Below, piece by piece: positions 21,601-36,600 of a stretch of 64,000 nt of DNA. Both the position numbers and the translations under genes were made by a program. This stretch comes from Eledone cirrhosa (Eukaryota), in NCBI GenBank assembly GCA_964016885.1, contig OZ024742.1, forward strand, positions 129,518,001 through 129,582,000, read 5' to 3'. Under the pieces are notes generated by a model, which worked only from the letters and a program-made list of their open reading frames with translations, made no database searches and was not told where the DNA came from. Numbering within the stretch: position 1 is the stretch's first letter; the number at the start of each line of letters is the position of its first letter.

Positions 21601-24600
21601 CATTTTATTTGTGACTGTTCTATCTCTCTTTCTTTCATTGCCTCCCCGCCTTCTCATGTCCAAACACATTCTATTTGTGACTGTTCTATCTCTCTTTCTT
21701 TCATTGCCTCCCCGCCTTCTCATGTCCAAACACATTCTATTTGTGACTGTTCTATCTCTCTTTCTTTCATTGCCCCCCCCGCCTTCTTATATCCAAAGAC
21801 ATTCTATTTGTGACTGTTCCATCTCTCTTTCTTTCATTGCCCCCCCCCCTTCTTATGTCCAAAGACATTCTATTTGTGACTGTTCTATCTCTCTTTCTTT
21901 CATTGCCTCCCCGCCTTCTCATGTCCAAACACATTCTATTTGTGACTGTTCTATCTCTCTTTCTTTCATTGCCCCCCCCGCCTTCTTATATCCAAAGACA
22001 TTCTATTTGTGACTGTTCTATCTCTCTTTCTTTCATTGCCCCCCCCCCCCCCCTTCTTATGTCCAAAGACATTCTATTTGTGACTGTTCTATCTCTCTTT
22101 CTTTCATTGCCTCCCCGCCTTCTCATGTCCAAACACATTCTATTTGTGACTGTTCTATCTCTCTTTCTTTCATTGCCCCCCCCCCCCCTTCTTATGTCCA
22201 AAGACATTCTATTTGTGACTGTTCTATCTCTCTTTCTTTCATTGCCCCCCCCCCCCCTTCTTATGTCCAAAGACATTCTATTTGTGACTGTTCTATCTCT
22301 CTTTCTTTCATTGCCCCCCCCCCCCCTTCTTATATCCAAAGACATTCTATTTGTGACTGTTCTATCTCTCTTTCTTTCATTGCCTCCCCGCCTTCTCATG
22401 TCCAAACACATTCTATTTGTGACTGTTCTATCTCTCTTTCTTTCATTGCCTCCCCGCCTTCTCATGTCCAAACACATTCTATTTGTGACTGTTCTATCTC
22501 TCTTTCTTTCATTGCCTCCCCGCCTTCTCATGTCCAAACACATTCTATTTGTGACTGTTCTATCTCTCTTTCTTTCATTGCCTCCCCGCCTTCTCATGTC
22601 CAAACACATTCTATTTGTGACTGTTCTATCTCTCTTTCTTTCATTGCCCCCCCCCCGCCTTCTTATATCCAAAGACATTCTATTTGTGACTGTTCTATCT
22701 CTCTTTCTTTCATTGCCCCCCCCCCTTCTTATGTCCAAAGACATTCTATTTGTGACTGTTCTATCTCTCTTTCTTTCATTGCCTCCCCGCCTTCTTATGT
22801 CCAAACACATTCTATTTGTGACTGTTCTATCTCTCTTTCTTTCATTGCCTCCCCGCCTTCTCATGTCCAAACACATTCTATTTGTGACTGTTCTATCTCT
22901 CTTTCTTTCATTGCCCCCCCCCCCCCCCCTTCTTATGTCCAAAGACATTCTATTTGTGACTGTTCTATCTCTCTTTCTTTCATTGCCCCCCCCCCCCTTC
23001 TTATGTCCAAAGACATTCTATTTGTGACTGTTCTATCTCTCTTTCTTTCATTGCCTCCCCGCCTTCTTATGTCCAAAGACATTCTATTTGTGACTGTTCT
23101 ATCTCTCTTTCTTTCATTGCCTCCCCGCCTTCTTATGTCCAAACACATTCTATTTGTGACTGTTCTATCTCTCTTTCTTTCATTGCCCCCCCCCTTCTTA
23201 TGTCAAAAGACATTCTATTTGAGACTGTTCTATCTCTCTTTCTGTCATTGCCCCCCCGCCTTCTCATGTCCAAACACATTCTATTTGTGACTGTTCTATC
23301 TCTCTTTCTTTCATTGCCCCCCCCCCCTTCTTATGTCCAAACACATTCTATTTGTGACTGTTCTATCTCTCTTTCTTTCATTGCCTCCCCTCTTCTTATG
23401 TCCAAAGACATTCTATTTGTGACTGTTCTATCTCTCTTTCTTTCATTGCCTCCCCGCCTTCTTATGTCCAAAGACATTCTATTTGTGACTGTTCTATCTC
23501 TCTTTCTTTCATTGCCTCCCCGCCTTCTCATGTCCAAACACATTCTATTTGTGACTGTTCTATCTCTCTTTCTTTCATTGCCCCCCCCCCTTCTTATGTC
23601 CAAAGACATTCTATTTGTGACTGTTCTATCTCTCTTTCTTTCATTGCCCCCCCCCCCCCTTCTTATGTCCAAAAACATTCTATTTGTGACTGTTCTATCT
23701 CTCTTTCTTTCATTGCCCCCCCCCTTCTTATGTCCAAACACATTCTATTTGTGACTGTTCTATCTCTCTTTCTTTCATTGCCTCCCCGCCTTCTTATGTC
23801 CAAAGACATTCTATTTGTGACTGTTCTCTCTCTCTTTCTTTCATTGCCTCCCCGCCTTCTCATGTCCAAACACATTCTATTTGTGACTGTTCTATCTCTC
23901 TTTCTTTCATTGCCTCCCCGCCTTCTTATGTCCAAAGACATTCTATTTGTGACTGTTCTATCTCTCTTTCTTTCATTGCCTCCCCGCCTTCTCATGTCCA
24001 AACACATTCTATTTGTGACTGTTCTATCTCTCTTTCTTTCATTGCCCCCCCCCCCCCTTCTTATGTCCAAAGACATTCTATTTGTGACTGTTCTATCTCT
24101 CTTTCTTTCATTGCCTCCCCGCCTTCTCATGTCCAAACACATTCTATTTGTGACTGTTCTATCTCTCTTTCTTTCATTGCCCCCCCGCCCCCTTCTTATG
24201 TCCAAAGACATTCTATTTGTGACTGTTCTATCTCTCTTTCTTTCATTGCCTCCCCGCCTTCTCATGTCCAAACACATTCTATTTGTGACTGTTCTATTTC
24301 TCTTTCTTTCGTTGCCCCCCCCCCCCTTCTTATGTCCAAAGACATTCTATTTGTGACTGTTCTATCTCTCTTTCTCTCATTGCCTCCCCGCCTTCTCATG
24401 TCCAAATACATTCTATTTGTGACTGTTCTATCTCTCTTTCTTTCATTGCCCCCCCCCCTTCTTATGTCCAAAACATTCTATTTGTGACTGTTCTATCTCT
24501 CTTTCTTTCATTGCCCCCCCCCCTTCTTATGTCCAAACACATTCTATTTGTGACTGTTCTATCTCTCTTTCTTTCATTGCCTCCCCTCTTCTTATGTCCA

Positions 24601-27600
24601 AACACATTCTATTTGTGACTGTTCTATCTCTCTTTCTTTCATTGCCTCCCCTCTTCTTATGTCCAAACACATTCTATTTGTGACTGTTCTATCTCTCTTT
24701 CTTTCATTGCCCCCCCCCCTTCTTATGTCCAAACACATTCTATTTGTGACTGTTCTATCTCTCTTTCTTTCATTGCCCCCCCCCCCTTCTTATGTCCAAA
24801 ACATTCTATTTGTGACTGTTCTATCTCTCTTTCTTTCATTGCCCCCCCCCCTTCTTATGTCCAAAACATTCTATTTGTGACTGTTCTATCTCTCTTTCTT
24901 TCATTGCCTCCCCTCTTCTTATGTCCAAACACATTCTATTTGTGACTGTTCTATCTCTCTTTCTTTCATTGCCTCCCCTCTTCTTATGTCCAAACACATT
25001 CTATTTGTGAATGTTCTATCTCTCTTTCTTTCATTGCCCCCCCCCCCCCTTCTTATGTCCAAAGACATTCTATTTGTGACTGTTCTACCTCTCTTTCTTT
25101 CATTGCCCCCCCCCCTTCTTATGTCCAAAGACATTCTATTTGTGACTGTTCTATCTCTCTTTCTTTCATTTCCTCCCCCCCTTCTTATGTCCAAAGACAT
25201 TCTATTTGTGACTGTTCTATCTCTCTTTCTTTCATTGCCCCCCCCCCCCTTCTTATGTCCAAAGACATTCTATTTGTGACTGTTCTATCTCTCTTTCTTT
25301 CATTGCCTCCCCGCCTTCTTATGTCCAAAGACATTCTATTTGTGACCGTTCTATCTCTCTTTCTTTCATTGCCTCCCCGCCTTCTTATGTCCAAACACAT
25401 TCTATTTGTGACTGTTCTATCTCTCTTTCTTTCATTGCCCCCCCCCCCCCTTCTAACGTCCAAAGACATTCTATTTGTGACTGTTCTATCTCTCTTTCTG
25501 TCATTGCCCCCCCCTTCTCATGTCCAAACACATTCTATTTGTGACTGTTCTATCTCTCTTTCTTTCATTGCCTCCCCGCCTTCTCATGTCCAAACACATT
25601 CTATTTGTGACTGTTCTATCTCTCCTTCTTTCATTGCCCCCCCCCCCTTCTTATGTCCAAAGACATTCTATTTGTGACTGTTCTATCTCTCTTTCTTTCA
25701 TTGCCCCCCCCCCCCTTCTTATGTCCAAAGACATTCTATTTGTGACTGTTCTATCTCTCTTTCTTTCATTGCCTCCCCGCCTTCTTATGTCCAAAGACAT
25801 TCTATTTGTGACTGTTCTATCTCTCTTTCTTTCATTGCCTCCCCGCCTTCTCATGTCCAAACACATTCTATTTGTGACTGTTCTATCTCTCTTTCTTTCA
25901 TTGCCTCCCCGCCTTCTTATGTCCAAAGACATTCTATTTGTGACTGTTCTATCTCTCTTTCTTTCATTGCCCCCCCCCTTCTTATGTCCAAAGACATTCT
26001 ATTTGTGACTGCTCTATCTCTCTTTCTTTCATTGCCTCCCCGCCTTCTCATGTCCAAACACATTCTATTTGTGACTGTTCTATCTCTCTTTCTTTCATTG
26101 CCCCCCCCCCCCTTCTTATGTCCAAAGACATTCTATTTGTGACTGTTCTATCTCTCTTTCTTTCATTGCCCCCCCCCCCTTCTTATGTCCAAAGACATTC
26201 TATTTGTGACTGTTCTATCTCTCTTTCTTGCATTGCCCCCCCCCTTCTTATGTCCAAAGACATTCTATTTGTGACTGTTCTATCTCTCTTTCTTTCATTG
26301 CCTCCCCGCCTTCTCATGTCCAAACACATTCTATTTGTGACTGTTCTATCTCTCTTTCTTTCATTGCCCCCCCCCCCCCCCCCGCGCCTTCTTATATCCA
26401 AAGACATTCTATTTGTGACTGTTCTATCTCTCTTTCTTTCATTGCCTCCCCGCCTTCTCATGTCCAAACACATTTTATTTGTGACTGTTCTATCTCTCTT
26501 TCTTTCATTGCCCCCCCCCTTCTTATGTCCAAACACATTCTATTTGTGACTGTTCTATCTCTCTTTCTTTCATTGCCTCCCCTCTTCTTATGTCCAAACA
26601 CATTCTATTTGTGACTGTTCTATCTCTCTTTCTTTCATTGCCTCCCCTCTTCTTATGTCCAAACACATTCTATTTGTGACTGTTCTATCTCTCTTTCTTT
26701 CATTGCCCCCCCCCCCCCCTTCTTATGTCCAAAGACATTCTATTTGTGACTGTTCTATCTCTCTTTCTTTCATTGCCTCCCCTCTTCTTATGTCCAAACA
26801 CATTCTATTTGTGACTGTTCTATCTCTCTTTCTTTCATTGCCTCCCCTCTTCTTATGTCCAAACACATTCTATTTGTGAATGTTCTATCTCTCTTTCTTT
26901 CATTGCCCCCCCCCCCCCTTCTTATGTCCAAAGACATTCTATTTGTGACTGTTCTATCTCTCTTTCTTTCATTGCCCCCCCCCCCCCCTTCTTATGTCCA
27001 AAGAGATTCTATTTGTGACTGTTCTATCTCTCTTTCTTTCATTTCCTCCCCCCCTTCTTATGTCCAAAGACATTCTATTTGTGACTGTTCTATCTCTCTT
27101 TCTGTCATTGCCCCCCCCCCTTCTCATGTCCAAACACATTCTATTTGTGACTGTTCTATCTCTCTTTCTTTCATTGCCCCCCCCCCTTCTTATGTCCAAA
27201 GACATTCTATTTGTGACTGTTCTATCTCTCTTTCTTTCATTGCCTCCCCGCCTTCTTATGTCCAAAGACATTCTATTTGTGACTGTTCTATCTCTCTTTC
27301 TTTCATTGCCTCCCCGCCTTCTCATGTCCAAACACATTCTATTTGTGACTGTTCTATCTCTCTTTCTTTCATTGCCTCCCCGCCTTCTCATGTCCAAACA
27401 CATTCTATTTGTGACTGTTCTATCTCTCTTTCTTTCATTGCCTCCCCCCCTTCTTATGTCCAAAGACATTCTATTTGTGACTGTTCTATCTCTCTTTCTT
27501 TCATTGCCTCCCCGCCTTCTTATGTCCAAAGACATTCTATTTGTGACTGTTCTATCTCTCTTTCTTTCATTGCCTCCCCGCCTTCTTATGTCCAAAGACA

Positions 27601-30600
27601 TTCTATTTGTGACTGTTCTATCTCTCTTTCTTTCATTGCCTCCCCGCCTTCTCATGTCCAAACACATTCTATTTGTGACTGTTCTATCTCTCTTTCTTTC
27701 ATTGCCTCCCCCCCTTCTTATGTCCAAAGACATTCTATTTGTGACTGTTCTATCTCTCTTTCTTTCATTGCCTCCCCGCCTTCTCATGTCCAAACACATT
27801 CTATTTGTGACTGTTCTATCTCTCTTTCTTTCATTGCCCCCCCCCCCCTTCTTATGTCCAAAGACATTCTATTTGTGACTGTTCTATCTCTCTTTCTTTC
27901 ATTGCCTCCCCGCCTTCTCATGTCCAAACACATTCTATTTGTGACTGTTCTATCTCCCTTTCTTTCATTGCCTCCCCGCCTTCTCATGTCCAAACACATT
28001 CTATTTGTGACTGTTCTATCTCTCTTTCTTTCATTGCCTCCCCGCCTTCTTATGTCCAAACACATTCTATTTGTGACTGTTCTATCTCTCTTTCTTTCAT
28101 TGCCTCCCCGCCTTCTCATGTCCAAACACATTCTATTTGTGACTGTTCTATCTCTCTTTCTTTCATTGCCTCCCCGCCTTCTTATGTCCAAACACATTCT
28201 ATTTGTGACTGTTCTATCTCTCTTTCTTTCATTGCCTCCCCGCCTTCTTATGTCCAAACACATTCTATTTGTGACTGTTCTATCTCTCTTTCTTTCATTG
28301 CCTCCCCGCCTTCTCATGTCCAAACACATTCTATTTGTGACTGTTCTATCTCTCTTTCTTTCATTGCCTCCCCGCCTTCTCATGTCCAAACACATTCTAT
28401 TTGTGACTGTTCTATCTCCCTTTCTTTCATTGCCTCCCCGCCTTCTCATGTCCAAACACATTCTATTTGTGACTGTTCTATCTCTCTTTCTTTCATTGCC
28501 TCCCCGCCTTCTCATGTCCAAACACATTCTATTTGTGACTGTTCTATCTCTCTTTCTTTCATTGCCTCCCCGCCTTCTTATGTCCAAACACATTCTATTT
28601 GTGACTGTTCTATCTCTCTTTCTTTCATTGCCTCCCCCCCTTCTTATGTCCAAAGACATTCTATTTGTGACTGTTCTATCTCTCTTTCTTTCATTGCCTC
28701 CCCGCCTTCTCATGTCCAAACACATTCTATTTGTGACTGTTCTATCTCTCTTTCTTTCATTGCCCCCCCCCCTTCTTATGTCCAAAGACATTCTATTTGT
28801 GACTGTTCTATCTCTCTTTCTTTCATTGCCTCCCCGCCTTCTCATGTCCAAACACATTCTATTTGTGACTGTTCTATCTCCCTTTCTTTCATTGCCTCCC
28901 CGCCTTCTCATGTCCAAACACATTCTATTTGTGACTGTTCTATCTCTCTTTCTTTCATTGCCTCCCCGCCTTCTTATGTCCAAACACATTCTATTTGTGA
29001 CTGTTCTATCTCTCTTTCTTTCATTGCCTCCCCGCCTTCTCATGTCCAAACACATTCTATTTGTGACTGTTCTATCTCCCTTTCTTTCATTGCCTCCCCG
29101 CCTTCTCATGTCCAAACACATTCTATTTGTGACTGTTCTATCTCTCTTTCTTTCATTGCCTCCCCGCCTTCTCATGTCCAAACACATTCTATTTGTGACT
29201 GTTCTATCTCTCTTTCTTTCATTGCCTCCCCGCCTTCTTATGTCCAAACACATTCTATTTGTGACTGTTCTATCTCTCTTTCTTTCATTGCCTCCCCGCC
29301 TTCTTATGTCCAAACACATTCTATTTGTGACTGTTCTATCTCCCTTTCTTTCATTGCCTCCCCGCCTTCTCATGTCCAAACACATTCTATTTGTGACTGT
29401 TCTATCTCTCTTTCTTTCATTGCCCCCCCCCCCTTCTCATGTCCAAACACATTCTATTTGTGACTGTTCTATCTCTCTTTCTGTCATTGCCCCCCCCCCC
29501 CTTCTCATGTCCAAACACATTCTATTTGTGACTGTTCTATCTCTCTTTCTTTCATTGCCCCCCCCCCCCTTCTTATGTCCAAAGACATTCTATTTGTGAC
29601 TGTTCTATCTCTCTTTCTTTCATTGCCTCCCCGCCTTCTTATGTCCAAAGACATTCTATTTGTGACTGTTCTATCTCTCTTTCTTTCATTGCCTCCCCGC
29701 CTTCTCATGTCCAAACACATTCTATTTGTGACTGTTCTATCTCTCTTTCTTTCATTGCCTCCCCGCCTTCTTATGTCCAAAGACATTCTATTTGTGACTG
29801 TTCTATCTCCCTTTCTTTCATTGCCTCCCCGCCTTCTCATGTCCAAACACATTCTATTTGTGACTGTTCTATCTCTCTTTCTTTCATTGCCCCCCACCCT
29901 TCTTATGTCCAAAGACATTCTATTTGTGACTGTTCTATCTCTCTTTCTTTCATTGCCTCCCCGCCTTCTCATGTCCAAACACATTCTATTTGTGACTGTT
30001 CTATCTCTCTTTCTTGCATTGCCCCCCCCCCCTTCTTATGTCCAAAGACATTCTATTTGTGACTGTTCTATCTCTCTTTCTTTCATTGCCTCCCCGCCTT
30101 CTCGTGTCCAAACACATTCTATTTGTGACTGTTCTATCTCTCTTTCTTTCATTGCCCCCCCCCCCCGCCTTCTTATATCCAAAGACATTCTATTTGTGAC
30201 TGTTCTATCTCTCTTTCTTTCATTGCCTCCCCGCCTTCTCATGTCCAAACACATTCTATTTGTGACTGTTCTATCTCTCTTTCTTTCATTGCCCCCCCCC
30301 CTTCTTATGTCCAAAGACATTCTATTTGTGACTGTTCTATCTCTCTTTCTTTCATTGCCCCCCCCCCCTTCTTATGTCCAAAGACATTCTATTTGTGACT
30401 GTTCTATCTCTCTTTCTTTCATTGCCTCCCCGCCTTCTTATGTCCAAAGAGATTCTATTTGTGACTGTTCTATCTCTCTTTCTTTCATTGCCTCCCCGCC
30501 TTCTCATGTCCAAACACATTCTATTTGTGACTGTTCTATCTCTCTTTCTTTCATTGCCCCCCCCCCCCTTCTTATGTCCAAAGACATTCTATTTGTGACT

Positions 30601-33600
30601 GTTCTATCTCTCTTTCTGACATTGCCCCCCCCCCCTTCTCATGTCCAAACACATTCTATTTGTGACTGTTCTATCTCTCTTTCTTTCATTGCCCCCCCCC
30701 CCTTCTTATGTCCAAAGACATTCTATTTGTGACTGTTCTATCTCTCTTTCTTTCATTGCCTCCCCGCCTTCTTATGTCCAAAGACATTCTATTTGTGACT
30801 GTTCTATCTCTCTTTCTGTCATTGCCCCCCCCCCCTTCTCATGTCCAAACACATTCTATTTGTGACTGTTCTATCTCTCTTTCTTTCATTGCCTCCCCGC
30901 CTTCTTATGTCCAAAGACATTCTATTTGTGACTGTTCTATCTCTCTTTCTTTCATTGCCTCCCCGCCTTCTCATGTCCAAACACATTCTATTTGTGACTG
31001 TTCTATCTCTCTTTCTTTCATTGCCCCCCCCCCCCTTCTTATGTCCAAAGACATTCTATTTGTGACTGTTCTATCTCTCTTTCTGTCATTGCCCCCCCCC
31101 CCCTTCTCATGTCCAAACACATTCTATTTGTGACTGTTCTATCTCTCTTTCTTTCATTGCCCCCCCCCCCCCCTTCTTATGTCCAAAGACATTCTATTTG
31201 TGACTGTTCTATCTCTCTTTCTTTCATTGCCTCCCCGCCTTCTTATGTCCAAAGACATTCTATTTGTGACTGTTCTATCTCTCTTTCTGTCATTGCCCCC
31301 CCCCCCCCCTTCTCATGTCCAAACACATTCTATTTGTGACTGTTCTATCTCTCTTTCTTTCATTGCCCCCCCCCCTTCTTATGTCCAAAGGCATTCTATT
31401 TGTGACTGTTCTATCTCTCTTTCTGTCATTGCCCCCCCCCTTCTCATGTCCAAACACATTCTATTTGTGACTGTTCTATCTCTCTTTCTTTCATTGCCCC
31501 CCCCCCCCCCCCCCTTCTTATGTCCAAAGACATTCTATTTGTGACTGTTCTATCTCTCTTTCTTTCATTGCCTCCCCGCCTTCTTATGTCCAAAGACATT
31601 CTATTTGTGACTGTTCTATCTCTCTTTCTTTCATTGCCTCCCCGCCTTCTCATGTCCAAACACATTCTATTTGTGACTGTTCTATCTCTCTTTCTTTCAT
31701 TGCCCCCCCCCCTTCTTATGTCCAAAGACATTCTATTTGTGACTGTTCTATCTCTCTTTCTTTCATTGCCCCCCCCCTTCTTATGTCCAAACACATTCTA
31801 TATGTGACTGTTCTATCTCTCTTTCTTTCATTGCCCCCCCCCCCCTTCTTATGTCCAAAGACATTCTATTTGTGACTGTTCTATCTCTCTTTCTTTCATT
31901 GCCTCCCCGCCTTCTCATGTCCAAACACATTCTATTTGTGACTGTTCTATCTCTCTTTCTTTCATTGCCCCCCCCCCCTTCTTATGTCCAAAGACATTCT
32001 ATTTGTGACTGTTCTATCTCTCTTTCTTTCATTGCCTCCCCGCCTTCTCATGTCCAAACACATTCTATTTGTGACTGTTCTATTTCTCTTTCTTTCGTTG
32101 CCCCCCCCCCCCCTTCTTATGTCCAAAGACATTCTATTTGTGACTGTTCTATCTCTCTTTCTCTCATTGCCTCCCCGCCTTCTCATGTCCAAACACATTC
32201 TATTTGTGACTGTTCTATCTCTCTTTCTTTCATTGCCCCCCCCCCCTTCTTATGTCCAAAAACATTCTATTTGTGACTGTTCTATCTCTCTTTCTTTCAT
32301 TGCCTCCCCGCCTTCTCATGTCCAAACACATTCTATTTGTGACTGTTCTATCTCTCTTTCTTTCATTGCCCCCCCCCCCTTCTTATGTCCAAAACATTCT
32401 ATTTGTGACTGTTCTATCTCTCTTTCTCTCATTGCCTCCCCGCCTTCTCATGTCCAAACACATTCTATTTGTGACTGTTCTATCTCTCTTTCTTTCATTG
32501 CCCCCCCCCCTTCTTATGTCCAAAACATTCTATTTGTGACTGTTCTATCTCTCTTTCTCTCATTGCCTCCCCGCCTTCTCATGTCCAAACACATTCTATT
32601 TGTGACTGTTCTATCTCTCTTTCTTTCATTGCCTCCCCGCCTTCTCATGTCCAAACACATTCTATTTGTGACTGTTCTATCTCTCTTTCTTTCATTGCCC
32701 CCCCCCCCTTCTTATGTCCAAAACATTCTATTTGTGACTGTTCTATCTCTCTTTCTCTCATTGCCTCCCCGCCTTCTCATGTCCAAACACATTCTATTTG
32801 TGACTGTTCTATCTCTCTTTCTTTCATTGCCCCCCCCCCCCCTTCTTATGTCCAAAACATTCTATTTGTGACTGTTCTATCTCTCTTTCTTTCATTGCCT
32901 CCCCGCCTTCTCATGTCCAAACACATTCTATTTGTGACTGTTCTATCTCTCTTTCTTTCATTGCCCCCCCCCCCCCTTCTTATGTCCAAAACATTCTATT
33001 TGTGACTGTTCTATCTCTCTTTCTCTCATTGCCTCCCCGCCTTCTCATGTCCAAACACATTCTATTTGTGACTGTTCTATCTCTCTTTCTTTCATTGCCC
33101 CCCCCGCCTTCTTATGTCCAAAACATTCTATTTGTGACTGTTCTATCTCTCTTTCTTTCATTGCCTCCCCGCCTTCTCATGTCCAAACACATTCTATTTG
33201 TGACTGTTCTATCTCTCTTTCTTTCATTGCCCCCCCCCCCCTTCTTATGTCCAAAACATTCTATTTGTGACTGTTCTATCTCTCTTTCTCTCATTGCCTC
33301 CCCGCCTTCTCATGTCCAAACACATTCTATTTGTGACTGTTCTATCTCTCTTTCTTTCATTGCCCCCCCCCCCCCTTCTTATGTCCAAAACATTCTATTT
33401 GTGACTGTTCTATCTCTCTTTCTTTCATTGCCTCCCCGCCTTCTTATGTCCAAAGACATTCTATTTGTGACTGTTCTATCTCTCTTTCTTTCATTGCCTC
33501 CCCTCTTCTTATGTCCAAACACATTCTATTTGTGACTGTTCTATCTCTCTTTCTTTCATTGCCTCCCCTCTTCTTATGTCCAAACACATTCTATTTGTGA

Positions 33601-36600
33601 CTGTTCTATCTCTCTTTCTTTCATTGCCCCCCCCCCTTCTTATGTCCAAACACATTCTATTTGTGACTGTTCTATCTCTCTTTCTTTCATTGCCTCCCCT
33701 CTTCTTATGTCCAAACACATTCTATTTGTGACTGTTCTATCTCTCTTTCTTTCATTGCCTCCCCTCTTCTTATGTCCAAACACATTCTATTTGTGACTGT
33801 TCTATCTCTCTTTCTTTCATTGCCTCCCCTCTTCTTATGTCCAAAACACATTCTATTTGTGACTGTTCTATCTCTCTTTCTTTCATTGCCTCCCCTCTTC
33901 TTATGTCCAAACACATTCTATTTGTGAATGTTCTATCTCTCTTTCTTTCATTGCCTCCCCGCCTTCTCATGTCCAAACACATTCTATTTGTGACTGTTCT
34001 ATCTCTCTTTCTTTCATTGCCCCCCCCCCCTTCTTATGTCCAAAGACATTCTATTTGTGACTGTTCTATCTCTCTTTCTTTCATTGCCTCCCCGCCTTCT
34101 CATGTCCAAACACATTCTATTTGTGACTGTTCTATCTCTCTTTCTTTCATTGCCCCCCCCCCTTCTTATGTCCAAAGACATTCTATTTGTGACTGTTCTA
34201 TCTCTCTTTCTTTCATTGCCCCCCCCCTTCTTATATCCAAAGACATTCTATTTGTGACTGTTCTATCTCTCTTTCTTTCATTGCCTCCCCGCCTTCTCAT
34301 GTCCAAACACATTCTATTTGTGACTGTTCTATCTCTCTTTCTTTCATTGCCCCCCCCCGCCTTCTTATATCCAAAGACATTCTATTTGTGACTGTTCTAT
34401 CTCTCTTTCTTTCATTGCCCCCCCCCCCTTCTTATGTCCAAAGACATTCTATTTGTGACTGTTCTATCTCTCTTTCTTTCATTGCCTCCCCTCTTCTTAT
34501 GTCCAAAGACATTCTATTTGTGACTGTTCTATCTCTCTTTCTTTCATTGCCTCCCCGCCTTCTTATGTCCAAAGACATTCTATTTGTGACTGTTCTATCT
34601 CTCTTTCTTTCATTGCCTCCCCGCCTTCTCATGTCCAAACACATTCTATTTGTGACTGTTCTATCTCTCTTTCTTTCATTGCCCCCCCCCCCTTCTTATG
34701 TCCAAAGACATTCTATTTGTGACTGTTCTATCTCTCTTTCTTTCATTGCCTCCCCTCTTCTTATGTCCAAAGACATTCTATTTGTGACTGTTCTATCTCT
34801 CTTTCTTTCATTGCCTCCCCGCCTTCTTATGTCCAAAGACATTCTATTTGTGACTGTTCTATCTCTCTTTCTTTCATTGCCTCCCCGCCTTCTCATGTCC
34901 AAACACATTCTATTTGTGACTGTTCTATCTCTCTTTCTTTCATTGCCCCCCCCCCCTTCTTACGTCCAAAGACATTCTATTTGTGACTGTTCTATCTCTC
35001 TTTCTTTCATTGCCCCCCCCCTTCTTATGTCCAAAGACATTCTATTTGTGACTGTTCTATCTCTCTTTCTTTCATTGCCCCCCCCCCCTTCTTACGTCCA
35101 AAGACATTCTATTTGTGACTGTTCTATCTCTCTTTCTTTCATTGCCCCCCCCCCCTTCTTACGTCCAAAGACATTCTATTTGTGACTGTTCTATCTCTCT
35201 TTCTTTCATTGCCCCCCCCCTTCTTATGTCCAAAGACATTCTATTTGTGACTGTTCTATCTCTCTTTCTTTCATTGCCCCCCCCCCTTCTTACGTCCAAA
35301 GACATTCTATTTGTGACTGTTCTATCTCTCTTTCTTTCATTGCCTCCCCGCCTTCTTATGTCCAAACACATTCTATTTGTGACTGTTCTATCTCTCTTTC
35401 TTTCATTGCCTCCCCGCCTTCTCATGTCCAAACACATTCTATTTGTGACTGTTCTATCTCTCTTTCTTTCATTGCCCCCCCCGCCTTCTTATATCCAAAG
35501 ACATTCTATTTGTGACTGTTCTATCTCTCTTTCTTTCATTGCCCCCCCCCCCTTCTTATGTCCAAAGACATTCTATTTGTGACTGTTCTATCTCTCTTTC
35601 TTTCATTGCCTCCCCGCCTTCTTATGTCCAAAGACATTCTATTTGTGACTGTTCTATCTCTCTTTCTTTCATTGCCTCCCCGCCTTCTCATGTCCAAACA
35701 CATTCTATTTGTGACTGTTCTATCTCTCTTTCTTTCATTGCCCCCCCCCCCCTTCTTACGTCCAAAGACATTCTATTTGTGACTGTTCTATCTCTCTTTC
35801 TTTCATTGCCCCCCCCCTTCTTATGTCCAAAGACATTCTATTTGTGACTGTTCTATCTCTCTTTCTTTCATTGCCTCCCCGCCTTCTCATGTCCAAAGAC
35901 ATTCTATTTGTGACTGTTCTATCTCTCTTTCTTTCATTGCCTCCCCGCCTTCTTATGTCCAAAGACATTCTATTTGTGACTGTTCTATCTCTCTTTCTTT
36001 CATTGCCTCCCCGCCTTCTTATGTCCAAAACACATTCTATTTGTGACTGTTCTATCTCTCTTTCTTTCATTGCCCCCCCCCCCTTCTTATGTCAAAAGAC
36101 ATTCTATTTGAGACTGTTCTATCTCTCTTTCTGTCATTGCCCCCCCCCTTCTCATGTCCAAACACATTCTATTTGTGACTGTTCTATCTCTCTTTCTTTC
36201 ATTGCCCCCCCCCCTTCTTACGTCCAAAGACATTCTATTTGTGACTGTTCTATCTCTCTTTCTTTCATTGCCCCCCCCTTCTTATGTCCAAAGACATTCT
36301 ATTTGTGACTGTTCTATCTCTCTTTCTTTCATTGCCTCCCCGCCTTCTTATGTCCAAACACATTCTATTTGTGACTGTTCTATCTCTCTTTCTTTCATTG
36401 CCCCCCCCCCTTCTTATGTCAAAAGACATTCTATTTGAGACTGTTCTATCTCTCTTTCTGTCATTGCCCCCCCCCTTCTCATGTCCAAACACATTCTATT
36501 TGTGACTGTTCTATCTCTCTTTCTTTCATTGCCCCCCCCCCTTCTTATGTCCAAAGACATTCTATTTGTGACTGTTCTATCTCTCTTTCTTTCATTGCCT

